The position numbers were made by a program, and so were the translations under genes. Source: Candidatus Uzinura diaspidicola str. ASNER (GTDB taxonomy: Bacteria; Bacteroidota; Bacteroidia; Flavobacteriales; Blattabacteriaceae). Taken from it: DNA of 32,000 nucleotides. The notes below the pieces were generated by a model. It worked only from the letters and a program-made list of their open reading frames with translations, did not search any database and was not told where the DNA came from. The stretch lies in assembly GCA_000331975.1 (NCBI GenBank), contig CP003263.1, forward strand, positions 180,001 to 212,000. The letters run 5' to 3'. This document shows, in pieces, positions 1-9,836 of this stretch; positions within the stretch are counted from its first letter, which is position 1; each line of letters starts with the position of its first letter.

Positions 1-1533
1 ATTTCCAAGAAATTCTTCTATGATCATGGGAGTTCCTAATTTTAGATTCTTTTGCCAGTTGTTAAGATTTATTCCTAATATGTCAAAAAACATTTTCTTG
101 CTATTACATATGCCAATGACTCTTATTTGTATATGTAATTCTTCTACTAGATATTCTTTTTGTTTGTTTAGCTGCTCAATAAGTTTACTTCCTACTTGGC
201 CTAATCCGGCCATAAAAATATGTACCTTTTTATAATGGTTATCAAAATAAATATCATGTAAAAATTTTATTGATAATTTAAAATATTTTTTTGCAATTAC
301 TGCATAAATATTTTTTTCTGTAGACCCAATAACATTGGGCTTAATACTTTCTTTACCAAGAGCGCTAAACATATAACCTGAAGTCACTGATATATTTTTT
401 ATATTACTAACTATGATTGAAATAATACATAATTCTTTATCTACAGAAAAAGGGTGATTCATATCATTGGTAAATTCACTTAGTATTTTGTTTTCTATAC
501 ATAACTCTGAGGAACTTTGATTTATAAGCACATGAAAAATATCATTACTAGATAATGCTGCAAACTGATTAAAATAACCAGGCATACCTAATTTTCTTTT
601 TAAAGACAAAAATGTTATATTTTTCATACCTGTTATTACTGTAATTAGGCTTTTAGTTTTAAAAGTAGAAAATATAAGAGTCCCCATTTCTAATGGGGAA
701 AAAGTATTTAGAATTATGATAGGAATATTTTTTTTCATGGAAGTAAGAAGCGTAGGGGGATAAAGAATCTCAGCGCCCAAATAGGAAATTTCTATCGCTT
801 CTCTATAAGAAATATTTTTCACAGGAAAAGCTTTAGAAACTATTTTAGGGCTTACTGTCATTATTCCACTTACATCAGAATATATCTCCATATATTCTGA
901 TTGAATAGAAGCAGAAAAAATAGATGCAGTAAAATCTGACCCGCCTCTACCAAGAGTAGCAATTTCTTTTTCATTTTTAGCAGCAATGAATCCTGGGAGA
1001 ATAATATAAGGCGTATTATCGTTAATAAAAAGAGATTTAACATCATCTAGATTTACTTGTATACTTTTCTTCATAATAAAATTTCTGCTATCTTTCCATT
1101 TAGAAGGAAATCCGCTTGCTTTTAGCTTTTCGCTTATTATGAAAGAAGATATCAATTCTCCAAAATTCATTATTTTATCTAGTGAAACTTTTGAGAAGTA
1201 CGTTATTTTACAAATACTATTATAAATTTTTTCTAAATTTTTTAGATATTTTATGATGCGGCTTATTAATTTCTTTTTATGAAGAATAGTGAATAATTCT
1301 CGTATTATCTCTAAATGATAACTTTCTATTTCATCAAGTATTAGATAATATTTTATATTTTTTTTTTCAGCATATTGAGCACATATAACTAATTGGTCAG
1401 TAATGCCTCCTATAGCAGAAACTATAATCGCATAACGATCCTCTTGTTCTTTCTTATCTATAAGAATGTAGCAAATTTGTTCTATAGCATGAACCTCACC
1501 AACAGACGTTCCTCCAAATTTGATAACTTTCAT
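1..1533 (-). CDS. thrA: Bifunctional aspartokinase / homoserine dehydrogenase (ThrA type), N-terminal 511 codons; the C-terminus runs off the left edge of the window
   Basis: Not in the ORF track because it is open-ended. The reverse complement from ATG 1533-1531 reads MKVIKFGGTSVGEVHAIEQ... (aspartokinase KFGGTSV signature), then ...ATLGRGGSDFTASIF... About 450 aa in there is a Rossmann-type KKVHIFMAGLGQVGSKLIEQL, as at the start of a homoserine dehydrogenase domain. There is no in-frame stop down to position 1 (1533 nt = 511 codons). Confidence 0.85.
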   Translation of the reverse strand, partial: MKVIKFGGTSVGEVHAIEQICYILIDKKEQEDRYAIIVSAIGGITDQLVICAQYAEKKNIKYYLILDEIESYHLEIIRELFTILHKKKLISRIIKYLKNLEKIYNSICKITYFSKVSLDKIMNFGELISSFIISEKLKASGFPSKWKDSRNFIMKKSIQVNLDDVKSLFINDNTPYIILPGFIAAKNEKEIATLGRGGSDFTASIFSASIQSEYMEIYSDVSGIMTVSPKIVSKAFPVKNISYREAIEISYLGAEILYPPTLLTSMKKNIPIIILNTFSPLEMGTLIFSTFKTKSLITVITGMKNITFLSLKRKLGMPGYFNQFAALSSNDIFHVLINQSSSELCIENKILSEFTNDMNHPFSVDKELCIISIIVSNIKNISVTSGYMFSALGKESIKPNVIGSTEKNIYAVIAKKYFKLSIKFLHDIYFDNHYKKVHIFMAGLGQVGSKLIEQLNKQKEYLVEELHIQIRVIGICNSKKMFFDILGINLNNWQKNLKLGTPMIIEEFLGN

Positions 1534-1960
1534 CTATTTTATAAGAAGATTTAAGAGTCTTTATGTAATGTATATAATTATATATGCATTGTACTAAAAA
1601 CCTATACCCTGTTCTTGTCTTTAGCTTTGGTGCTTACATCATCATTTCAGGTCTTACAGAGAAATAAGAAAGACTATCATAGTCCTTGATAAGGACTTCA
1701 AGATAAAAAGTAGGCGTATATGAAGAATTTAACACTTTTAGTACCCATAATCTTTCTATTACTTTTCCATATATATATTGATAAATAGGATTTATACACT
1801 TCTTTTTCATAGTTTCAGAAGTTAAAATATGTTTCTTTGTTTTTTTATTTTATATTCATTATTTTATTATTGTTACATACAATGGCTGTATCTTGCAGAA
1901 TCTTCTCTCACATCAATCTGCAGAAAGGTCTAATATAAAACTGTATACTAAACTAAAATC

Positions 1961-2149
1961 ATGCCGCATCCTAAAAGAAGAAAATCAAAGGCTAAAAGAG
2001 ATAAGAGAAGGACGCATCATAAAGCAATACTTCCTCAGTTAACTAGCTGTCCTTTAACAGGACAGATACATTTATATCATCGTGCTTATTGGCACGATGA
2101 TAAGCTTTTTTACCGAGGTAGAGTTATATTACAAAAGGCTGATTACTGA
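1961..2149 (+). CDS. rpmF: 50S ribosomal protein L32
   Basis: 62-aa ORF MPHPKRRKSKAKRDKRRTHHKA... matches the L32 N-terminal HPKRR-SK...RRTH motif, with YRG near the C-terminus. Its TGA overlaps the rpe ATG by 1 nt (TGATG). Confidence 0.85.
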   Translation: MPHPKRRKSKAKRDKRRTHHKAILPQLTSCPLTGQIHLYHRAYWHDDKLFYRGRVILQKADY

Positions 2150-2796
2150 TGCATAAAAAATTTATTGCACCTTCTCTTTTATCAGCTAATTTTGCTGAAT
2201 TGCGCCATGATATAGAATGGCTAAATAATAGCTCAGCAGACTGGTACCATATAGATATAATGGATGGCTTATTTGTAGATAATATTTCTTTTGGAATCCC
2301 TGTGATAAAATCAATAAAGAAATATGCTAGAAAACCTTTAGATATTCATCTGATGATCTTAGAACCAGAAAGATATATTAAATCTTTTAAAGATGCTGGT
2401 GCAGATTTTCTCTCTATACATTACGAAACTTGTATTCATCTACATAATACTATCTTAGAAATAAGATCGTTTGGAATGAAAACAGGTGTTGTGCTTAATC
2501 CCCATACTCCAGTCTCTTTACTAAAAGATATAATCACAGATATTGATTTACTGGTTTTGATGAGTGTAAATCCTGGTTTTGGTGGTAAATCTTTCATAAA
2601 AAATACTTGGAAAAAACTTAGAGATGCCTATTGTTTAGTGAGGGAAAAAAATACGGCAACTCTTATTTCAATTGACGGAGGAGTGGATTTACAAAATGCT
2701 TATGGCTTATTTAAATCAGGAGCTGATGTATTAGTTGTAGGAACAGCTATTTTTAGTACTTCTGACAATATGAAAGTTATCAAAACTATGAAGTAA
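2149..2796 (+). CDS. rpe: Ribulose-phosphate 3-epimerase
   Basis: 215 aa carrying PSLLSANF, HIDIMDGLFV, MSVNPGFGG and IDGG motifs, collinear with Rpe. Confidence 0.9.
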   Translation: MHKKFIAPSLLSANFAELRHDIEWLNNSSADWYHIDIMDGLFVDNISFGIPVIKSIKKYARKPLDIHLMILEPERYIKSFKDAGADFLSIHYETCIHLHNTILEIRSFGMKTGVVLNPHTPVSLLKDIITDIDLLVLMSVNPGFGGKSFIKNTWKKLRDAYCLVREKNTATLISIDGGVDLQNAYGLFKSGADVLVVGTAIFSTSDNMKVIKTMK

Positions 2797-2804
2797 CTTA
2801 CGCA

Positions 2805-2878
2805 AGCCTCGTATCTTAATGGATAAGAGTATTTGACTACGGATCAGAAGGGTGCGAGTTCGACTCTCGCCGGGGCTT
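2805..2878 (+). tRNA. tRNA-Arg (anticodon ACG)
   Basis: Manual cloverleaf. Acceptor AGCCTCG/CGGGGCT (one T-G pair). D arm TCTT-AATGGATAA-GAGT containing GG. Anticodon stem TTTGA/TCAGA, loop CTACGGA. Variable loop AGGGT. T arm GCGAG-TTCGACT-CTCGC. Discriminator T. 74 nt; CCA not encoded. Confidence 0.85.
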
Positions 2879-2964
2879 CATTAGTAGAATAAAAGGGCCA
2901 TCTAACAGAAAAAGAAACAGAAATTTTTTATTTACTAATTTAGTTTTAAAAAATATACTAAAAC

Positions 2965-3942
2965 ATGAAAGAAATAACCTTTCGCCAAGCTATTATTGAA
3001 GCAATGAGCGAAGAAATGAGAAAAGATAAAGGGATATATTTAATGGGAGAAGAAGTGGCTGAATATAATGGAGCTTATAAAGCTTCCAAAGGAATGTTGG
3101 CTGAATTTGGTGATAAAAGAATTATTGACACCCCAATTTCAGAGCTTGGGTTTTCGGGTCTTGGCATTGGATCTGCTATGAACGGATGTCGACCTATTAT
3201 AGAATATATGACCTTTAACTTTTCTTTAGTAGCAATAGACCAAATTATTAATAATGCTGCAAAAATACGTCAGATGAGTGGGGGTCAATGGAATATCCCT
3301 ATAGTATTTAGAGGGCCAACCGGCTCGGCCGGTCAATTAGGAGCAACTCATTCTCAAGCCTTTGAAAGTTGGTATGCTAATTGTCCTGGTTTAAAAGTAG
3401 TAATTCCTTCAGATCCCTTTGATGCCAAAGGTCTATTAAAATCAGCTATTCTAGATAATACTCCTGTAATATTTATGGAATCAGAGCAAATGTATGGTGA
3501 TAGAATGATGATCCCTATAAATGAATATAACTTGCCTCTTGGCGAAGCTAATGTGAAAAAAGAAGGAAAAGATGCAACCTTGGTTTCCTTTGGAAAAATA
3601 ATGAAAGTAGCGTTATCAACGGCTGAAAATTTAGAAAAGGAAGGATTAGAAATAGAAGTAATTGATTTGCGTACAGTTAGACCTCTTGATCACGAAACTA
3701 TTATAAAATCTGTAAAAAAAACTAACAGATTGGTAGTTCTTGAGGAGGCGTGGCCATTTTGCTCTATTGCATCAGAGATTTCCTATATTGTTCAGAAACA
3801 AGCCTTTGATTATCTAGATGCTCCTATTGAAAAAATAAATGTTCCTGATGTTCCTGCTCCTTATGCCCCCAATCTTATTAATAATTGGTATCCAGATGTA
3901 AAACAAGTATCTAAAGCAATAAAGAAAGTATTATATTTGTAA
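2965..3942 (+). CDS. pdhB: Pyruvate dehydrogenase E1 component, beta subunit
   Basis: 325 aa. MKEITFRQAIIEAMSEEMRKD..., DTPISELGFSGLGIGSAMNGCRPIIEYMTFNF and the C-terminal transketolase-like domain are collinear with E1-beta subunits. Confidence 0.9.
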   Translation: MKEITFRQAIIEAMSEEMRKDKGIYLMGEEVAEYNGAYKASKGMLAEFGDKRIIDTPISELGFSGLGIGSAMNGCRPIIEYMTFNFSLVAIDQIINNAAKIRQMSGGQWNIPIVFRGPTGSAGQLGATHSQAFESWYANCPGLKVVIPSDPFDAKGLLKSAILDNTPVIFMESEQMYGDRMMIPINEYNLPLGEANVKKEGKDATLVSFGKIMKVALSTAENLEKEGLEIEVIDLRTVRPLDHETIIKSVKKTNRLVVLEEAWPFCSIASEISYIVQKQAFDYLDAPIEKINVPDVPAPYAPNLINNWYPDVKQVSKAIKKVLYL

Positions 3943-3945
3943 TAT

Positions 3946-4698
3946 CTACGAATTTTCCATTCGTTGACGTAACAGCTCAAAAAGAATAACAGCCACTGCA
4001 TTGCTAACATTTAAGGAATCTATGTTTCCATGCATTGGAATTTTTAATAGTCTATCAGAGATATTAGTCCAATAATTAGATAATCCTAGCGATTCATTTC
4101 CTATAATGATGGCAATGCCTGACCGTAAATTATTTTCATAAAGGGTAATGGTATTATCTCTAATACACGTAGCTAAAATATTAATTTTTTTTGTTTTAAA
4201 CCACTTAATAAGATTAAGCCCATTTGATTGGTAAATGATTTTTTTATGATAAAAAATAGTACCTAAACTAGACCTAATTACGTTAGTATGAAAAACATCT
4301 GTCTTATTTTCTGATAAAATGATAACATCTGTCCCTATAGATTCTGCACTTCTTAAAATTGCTCCTAAGTTGCCCGGCTTTTCTAGACCAACTAGAATTA
4401 AAAGAATAGGATTTTTAGGTAGTTGAAGTTCTTTGATAGATAGATCATGACGATGAAAAGTAGCTATAATTCCTCCACTCTCCCCTCCACTCTCCTCTCC
4501 ACTCTCCTCTCCACTCTCCTCTCCACTCTCTTCAACATAAGAAAGCTTTTTAAATACACTTCCATTTATTTCTATAACTAATGGAAACTTCTTTTCGATA
4601 GAAAATAAAGATAGCGAATCACAATTCATTTTGTAAATGAAAAGTTCATGAGGCCTATATTTTTTAAGTGCCATTTTAATTTCTTTTTGTCCTTCCAC
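3946..4698 (-). CDS. TrmH/SpoU-family RNA 2'-O-methyltransferase with an internal SGEE-type repeat insertion
   Basis: 250-aa ORF with SpoU methylase motifs LVGLEKPGNLGAILRSAES, IIIGNESLGLS and IPMHGNIDSLNVSNAVAVILFE. The true start may be the Met at codon 9 (MALKKY...). Its stop lies 3 bp from the convergent pdhB stop. Confidence 0.8.
   Translation of the reverse strand: MEGQKEIKMALKKYRPHELFIYKMNCDSLSLFSIEKKFPLVIEINGSVFKKLSYVEESGEESGEESGEESGGESGGIIATFHRHDLSIKELQLPKNPILLILVGLEKPGNLGAILRSAESIGTDVIILSENKTDVFHTNVIRSSLGTIFYHKKIIYQSNGLNLIKWFKTKKINILATCIRDNTITLYENNLRSGIAIIIGNESLGLSNYWTNISDRLLKIPMHGNIDSLNVSNAVAVILFELLRQRMENS
4474..4533. repeat. Five tandem copies of a 12-bp unit (TCCACTCTCCTC on + strand), in frame within the TrmH-family gene
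   Basis: Read directly: tccactctcccc / tccactctcctc x3 / tccactctcttc. On the minus strand it encodes EESGEESGEESGEESGGESGG. It is much more GC-rich than its surroundings. Confidence 0.9.
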
Positions 4699-4776
4699 TA
4701 TAATAATATGTTGTTGAGAGCGTAAGAGGTTTTTTTTTGTAACTTACGGAGCTCTTTTACTTTAAAATTATTAGTA

Positions 4777-5760
4777 CTAAAAATTTTCAACGAGGTATTC
4801 TGCTATTTGTACTGCATTTGTAGCAGCTCCTTTTCGCAGATTATCTGCTACAATCCAAGCATTGATTGCCTTTTCATAAGAAAAATCCCTTCTTAGTCTA
4901 CCTACAAAAACTTCATCTTTATCATGAGAAGTTATCGGCATTGGATAATGATTCTCTAGTAGATCGTCCTGTACTCTTATCCCTGAAGTTTTACTTAGAA
5001 GGCTCTTTAAGTCTTCAAGATTAAAGTATTTTTCAAATGTAATATTTACACTTTCAGAATGTCCTCCAATTACTGGAATACGGACTGAGGTTGCAGTAAT
5101 TTTCATAGAATCTACGTCCATAATTTTTATAGTTTCCTTTATAAGCTTAAGTTCTTCTTTGGTATATCCTTTTTCATCTAAAAGATCGCATTGAGGTAAA
5201 GAATTTTGATAAATAGGATGTGGATAAATTCTTTCTGTAGATATTCCTTGACTATCAGCTATAAGCTGATCTATTGATTTTTTACCTGTTCCTGTAATAG
5301 ACTGATAAGTAGAAATTACGACACGATTTATTATATATTTTTTATGCAGAGTGTGTAGAATTATTACTAGCTGTATAGTTGAACAATTAGGATTAGCAAT
5401 AATCTTATCTTTCTTGGAAAGAATATGAGCATTTATCTCAGGTACAATAAGTTTTATTTTAGAGATCATTCTGAAAGCAGAAGAATTGTCTATAACAATC
5501 GAACCTCTGGTTGCAAATATTGGAGCCCATTTTTTAGATATTTCCTCTTTTGCTGTAAAGAAGGCTATTTCAGGAGAGAGACAAATTGCTTGCTCTAAAT
5601 CTATAAGAATATGTTTTTTATCTTGATAAAATATTTCTTTACCTAAAGATAGAGCAGAAGAAACAGCTAATAATTCTTTAATATGAAATTTTCTATCTTC
5701 TAACACTCTAAGAATTAGCCCTCCAACCAACCCAGTAACTCCTATTATAGCAACTCTCAT
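4777..5760 (-). CDS. asd: Aspartate-semialdehyde dehydrogenase
   Basis: 327 aa. MRVAIIGVTGLVGG (NAD(P)-binding N-terminus), active-site region IIANPNCSTIQ, and C-terminal ...DNLRKGAATNAVQIAE. Confidence 0.92.
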   Translation of the reverse strand: MRVAIIGVTGLVGGLILRVLEDRKFHIKELLAVSSALSLGKEIFYQDKKHILIDLEQAICLSPEIAFFTAKEEISKKWAPIFATRGSIVIDNSSAFRMISKIKLIVPEINAHILSKKDKIIANPNCSTIQLVIILHTLHKKYIINRVVISTYQSITGTGKKSIDQLIADSQGISTERIYPHPIYQNSLPQCDLLDEKGYTKEELKLIKETIKIMDVDSMKITATSVRIPVIGGHSESVNITFEKYFNLEDLKSLLSKTSGIRVQDDLLENHYPMPITSHDKDEVFVGRLRRDFSYEKAINAWIVADNLRKGAATNAVQIAEYLVENF

Positions 5761-5899
5761 TGAAAAAATCTTTCATTTTAGTAGTTAAACTTTCTCTTAT
5801 AGAGGTGTGAGCGTGCTGATGAAATTTACTGCGTTTTATGAACAAATGGTAAAGGAGGTCCCAACTATCAAACAGTAATTGTTTCTATATTAGACAACG

Positions 5900-7090
5900 A
5901 TGAATTTATATGAATATCAAGGAAAAAATATTTTCTGTTCCTCTAGAATAAGAACTCCTGTTGGAATTGTAGTAGAAACACCTGAACAAGCTGTTATAGC
6001 TGCTGAAAAAATTTATAAAAATACGTTTTCAAATATTTGGGTAGTAAAAGCTCAAATTTATGCAGGGGGTCGTAGTAAAGCAGGAGGGGTAAAAATTGCA
6101 AAATCACTAGAAGAGATTAGTAAAATCTCTGCTGAAATTTTAGGGACCTATTTGATAACTATACAAACTTCTAAAAAAGGAAACTTAGTTCGTAAGGTGC
6201 TGATTGAACAGTACGTCTATTTCCTCGGAGAGGAAGATGAAATACCGAAAGAATATTATCTTTCCATATTAATAGATCGTTCAAAAGGAAAAACAGTCAT
6301 TATCTATAGTTTAAAAGGAGGTATAGATATAGAAGAAGTAGCAAAAAATGAACAAGAAAAAATCTTTGTCGAAGAAATCGATCCTCTCTTTGGAATACAA
6401 AAATTTCAGATAAGAAAAATTGCCTTTAATTTAGCTTTAGAAAGTAAACAATTTAAAGACTTTATAACTTCTCTTTATAAGGCTTATAAATATTCAGATG
6501 CTTCTTTAGTTGAAATTAATCCATTGTTAAAGACTTCTAATAATAAAATCATGGCTGTTGATGCTAAAGTAGCTTTAGATGCTAATGCATTTTATAGACA
6601 CATGAATTATTCATATCTGCACAATCTAGAAGAAGATCCATTAGAAGTTGTCGCTAATGATTCAGGATTGAATTTCGTTAAACTTTATGGAAATGTTGGA
6701 TGTATGGTAAATGGTGCAGGTTTGGCAATGGCAACAATGGATATTATTAAGTTTTCAGGAGGTAACCCTGCTAATTTTCTAGACATTGGAGGTACGGCTG
6801 ATTCAAAACGTGTAGAAAAAGCTATAAGACTCCTTATTAAAGATGAAAATGTTTCAGCGATATTTATTAATATTTTTGGAGGAATTGTTCGTTGTGATCT
6901 TGTAGCAGAAGGAATTTTACTAGCTTATCAAGGCGGACTAAATTTACATGTCCCATTAATAGTTCGTTTACATGGAACTAATTATAAGAAAGCTAAAAAA
7001 ATTCTGGATGAAATAGGTTTAAAAGTAATTACTGTTGTAACTTTAAAACAGGCCGCTGAGAAAATTAATGAGGTTTTGTCGTTAAGTTAA
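5900..7090 (+). CDS. sucC: Succinyl-CoA ligase (ADP-forming), beta subunit
   Basis: 396 aa. MNLYEYQGKNIF..., ATP-grasp region, and GCMVNGAGLAMATMDIIK...GNPANFLDIGG signature. Confidence 0.92.
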   Translation: MNLYEYQGKNIFCSSRIRTPVGIVVETPEQAVIAAEKIYKNTFSNIWVVKAQIYAGGRSKAGGVKIAKSLEEISKISAEILGTYLITIQTSKKGNLVRKVLIEQYVYFLGEEDEIPKEYYLSILIDRSKGKTVIIYSLKGGIDIEEVAKNEQEKIFVEEIDPLFGIQKFQIRKIAFNLALESKQFKDFITSLYKAYKYSDASLVEINPLLKTSNNKIMAVDAKVALDANAFYRHMNYSYLHNLEEDPLEVVANDSGLNFVKLYGNVGCMVNGAGLAMATMDIIKFSGGNPANFLDIGGTADSKRVEKAIRLLIKDENVSAIFINIFGGIVRCDLVAEGILLAYQGGLNLHVPLIVRLHGTNYKKAKKILDEIGLKVITVVTLKQAAEKINEVLSLS

Positions 7091-7241
7091 TGGTTAATAT
7101 TATTTGCGCTTTGCGTGATAGTTTGGGTTACTTTTCTGGAAGTCTATATTTTAATGAGGGATATACAACAAAATGTATATAGACAAAAATTAATACCTAT
7201 ACTTTTTACACTTTCTAAGTCATAAAATTGGAGTATTATTT

Positions 7242-9836
7242 ATGTTTATGAGAATGAGAAAGAATTTTTCATTAACGCTCAAAGAGGTTTTGGGATATAG
7301 TAATAAAGAAGCTTTTTTACTGGGACATGGTGAAATGAGTACGGAACACCTTATATTAGGAATCTATCGGATGGGAGAGGGAAAAGCAATAGAAATTTTT
7401 TATTTGTTGCAAGTTGACTTGCAACAAGTTAAAAAAAAAATAGATATAAAAGATAATTTCCGTCATTTAAATTTGGAAAATAAAATATGTAGAATTGAAA
7501 TGACTCAACAAGTAGAACGTATTTTAAATACAACTTTTTTAGAAGCAAAGATTTTTAAGTTTAGAGTTATCAACACTGCTCACTTATTATTAAGTATACT
7601 TAGAGATGAAAATGATCCTGTTACTAAGATTCTTAGTAGGTTAGAAATTAACTATGACAAATTCATGCAAAAAGTTAATATACAAAATTACTACCAAAAC
7701 CCAAAAATAACAGAATCTTTCAGACAAAGTGATTTTTTAGACTATAAAAATAAAATTATAAGTACGCCAGTATTAGATAACTTTTGTAGAGATCTTACAT
7801 TGATGGCTTTACAAGGAAAAATTGATCAAGTTGTAGGTCGTGAAAAAGAGGTAGAACGAATATGTCAAATATTAAGCAGAATGAAAAAAAATAATCCTTT
7901 GCTTATTGGAGAACCAGGTGTAGGAAAAACTGCTATTGCTGAAGGTCTAGCATATAGAATTGTGAAAGGGAAGGTTTCTCGGTTGCTTTATCAAAGAAAG
8001 ATATTTATGCTAGACCTTCCTAGTTTAGTAGCTGGAACAAAATTCAGAGGACAGTTCGAAGAACGAATTAAAGCATGTATGAATGAATTATTGAATAATA
8101 AAGATATAATACTATTTATTGACGAGATACATACGATAATAGGAGCAGGTGGAGCACAAGGATCATTAGATGCCTCTAATATTTTTAAACCTGCTCTAGC
8201 TAAAGGCGAGTTACAATGCATAGGAGCTACCACTTTAGATGAATATAGAGAATATATAGAGCGGGATGGGGCTTTATCTCGTAGATTTCAAAACATTATT
8301 ATAGACCCTACTTCTTCAGAAGAAACTATAGTAATTCTTAATAAGATTAAGACTCAATATGAAAATCACCATAATGTTTTATATACAGACAAAGCTATTG
8401 AAGCATGTGTAAACCTAACTAAACGATACATTTCAGATAGGTATTTTCCTGATAAAGCAATAGACGCCTTGGACGAGGCAGGTACAATTGTTAATATGAT
8501 AAATATTAAGATTTATAACGATATTACCATATTAGAAAAAAAAATAAAATGTTTTAGAGATAAAAAATATAAAATGATTAAAAATAACAATTACGAAGAG
8601 GCAGTACAACTAATGAAAAAGGAAAAAAAAATAGAAAAAGAACTAATAAAAGCAAAGAGAAACTGGGAAAAAACCTCTAAAGATAATAGTGAAATGGTTA
8701 ATGAAAAGAATGTTGCTCAAGTAGTATCTATGATGACTGGGATTCCTATAGGAAGACTAGTAAAATCAGAAATAAAAAAACTTATTAATATGTCTGAGCT
8801 TATAAAGAAACGAATTATTGGACAAGATGAAGCTGTAGAAAAAACTATTAGGGCAATACAAAGAAATAGAGCAGGATTAAAAGATCCTGCTCGTCCTATT
8901 GGAATTTTTATCTTTTTGGGGCAAACAGGTGTAGGAAAAACTCAATTAGCAAAAATTATTGCTCAAGAATTTTTTGATAGTGAAGATGCTTTAATACGAA
9001 TTGATATGAGTGAGTACATGGAGAAAAATTCTGTTTCTAGATTAATTGGTGCTCCACCGGGATATGTTGGTTATGAAGAAGGTGGGCAACTTACTGAAGC
9101 AGTGCGTCGTAAGCCTTATTCAGTGATTCTTTTAGATGAGCTTGAAAAGGCTCATTCAGACATATTTAATCTTTTGTTGCAGGTGATGGATGATGGAAAT
9201 ATAACAGATTCTTACGGAAAAAAAATTGATTTTAGGAACACTATTATAATTTTTACTTCTAATATAGGTACACGTGAATTTACAGAATTTGGTAAAGGGG
9301 TAGGATATGAAACTTCTTATGAAAAGAATTATACAGATCATTATCTTAATAATTCTATAAAAACCAAATTAAAAGAAGTCTTTTCTCCTGAATTTATTAA
9401 CAGAATTGATGATATTATCATTTTTAATTCACTGAAACGTAGAGATATCTGTATGATTCTTGATTTAGAATTAAATAAAATAATCAACAGAATGTTTGAA
9501 TTAGGTTATACTTTACATCTTTCAAAAGATGCTAAAACCTTTATTGCCGATAAAGGGTATGATAAAAATCATGGAGCTCGTCCTTTAAAAAGAGCTTTAC
9601 AAAAATTTGTTGAAGACTTAATTTCCGAGAATATTATTCATGAGAATATTAGCAAGGGAGATTCTCTCTTTTTAAGAAAAAATAAAAATAAAATTTTACT
9701 TTCTACCTTAAAAAACCTATTCGCTTTAGTCTTTAGTTTTTTTTTCTCATCATCATCCTTCGTTGATTTTTTAAACTCTTTTAATCCTATTCCTAATCCC
9801 TTCATTAGTTCTGTAATTTTTTTACCTACCAAATAA
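7242..9836 (+). CDS. clpC: ClpC-type (Clp/Hsp100) AAA+ chaperone-ATPase, with an atypical ~39-codon C-terminal tail
   Basis: 864-aa ORF with N-terminal Clp_N repeats and two AAA+ modules ([16 protein letters not shown]). A short UVR-like linker ([21 protein letters not shown]) favours ClpC over ClpB. From about 9717 the sequence ([39 protein letters not shown]) is not Clp-like and is the antisense of the tatA-like ORF. Confidence 0.85.
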   Translation: MFMRMRKNFSLTLKEVLGYSNKEAFLLGHGEMSTEHLILGIYRMGEGKAIEIFYLLQVDLQQVKKKIDIKDNFRHLNLENKICRIEMTQQVERILNTTFLEAKIFKFRVINTAHLLLSILRDENDPVTKILSRLEINYDKFMQKVNIQNYYQNPKITESFRQSDFLDYKNKIISTPVLDNFCRDLTLMALQGKIDQVVGREKEVERICQILSRMKKNNPLLIGEPGVGKTAIAEGLAYRIVKGKVSRLLYQRKIFMLDLPSLVAGTKFRGQFEERIKACMNELLNNKDIILFIDEIHTIIGAGGAQGSLDASNIFKPALAKGELQCIGATTLDEYREYIERDGALSRRFQNIIIDPTSSEETIVILNKIKTQYENHHNVLYTDKAIEACVNLTKRYISDRYFPDKAIDALDEAGTIVNMINIKIYNDITILEKKIKCFRDKKYKMIKNNNYEEAVQLMKKEKKIEKELIKAKRNWEKTSKDNSEMVNEKNVAQVVSMMTGIPIGRLVKSEIKKLINMSELIKKRIIGQDEAVEKTIRAIQRNRAGLKDPARPIGIFIFLGQTGVGKTQLAKIIAQEFFDSEDALIRIDMSEYMEKNSVSRLIGAPPGYVGYEEGGQLTEAVRRKPYSVILLDELEKAHSDIFNLLLQVMDDGNITDSYGKKIDFRNTIIIFTSNIGTREFTEFGKGVGYETSYEKNYTDHYLNNSIKTKLKEVFSPEFINRIDDIIIFNSLKRRDICMILDLELNKIINRMFELGYTLHLSKDAKTFIADKGYDKNHGARPLKRALQKFVEDLISENIIHENISKGDSLFLRKNKNKILLSTLKNLFALVFSFFFSSSSFVDFLNSFNPIPNPFISSVIFLPTK

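Noticed and set aside
20-235. 71-aa + strand ORF from the track
   Set aside because: It lies entirely antisense to the well-supported thrA coding region. The product has low complexity with no recognisable motif.
1600-1720. Possible SRP (4.5S) RNA or RNase P fragment (GGTGCT...CAGGTC...GAAA...; AGAAAGAC...AGTCC)
   Set aside because: I could not build the conserved domain IV helix with its GNRA tetraloop and AGCA/GGA internal loops. The RNase P GAGGAAAGUCC box is also not present, so this is resemblance only.
1883-1897. TGGCTGTATCTTGCA upstream of rpmF as a sigma-54 promoter
   Set aside because: The GG to GC spacing is 9 nt rather than the strictly required 10, and the -24 box is TGGCTG rather than TGGCAC.
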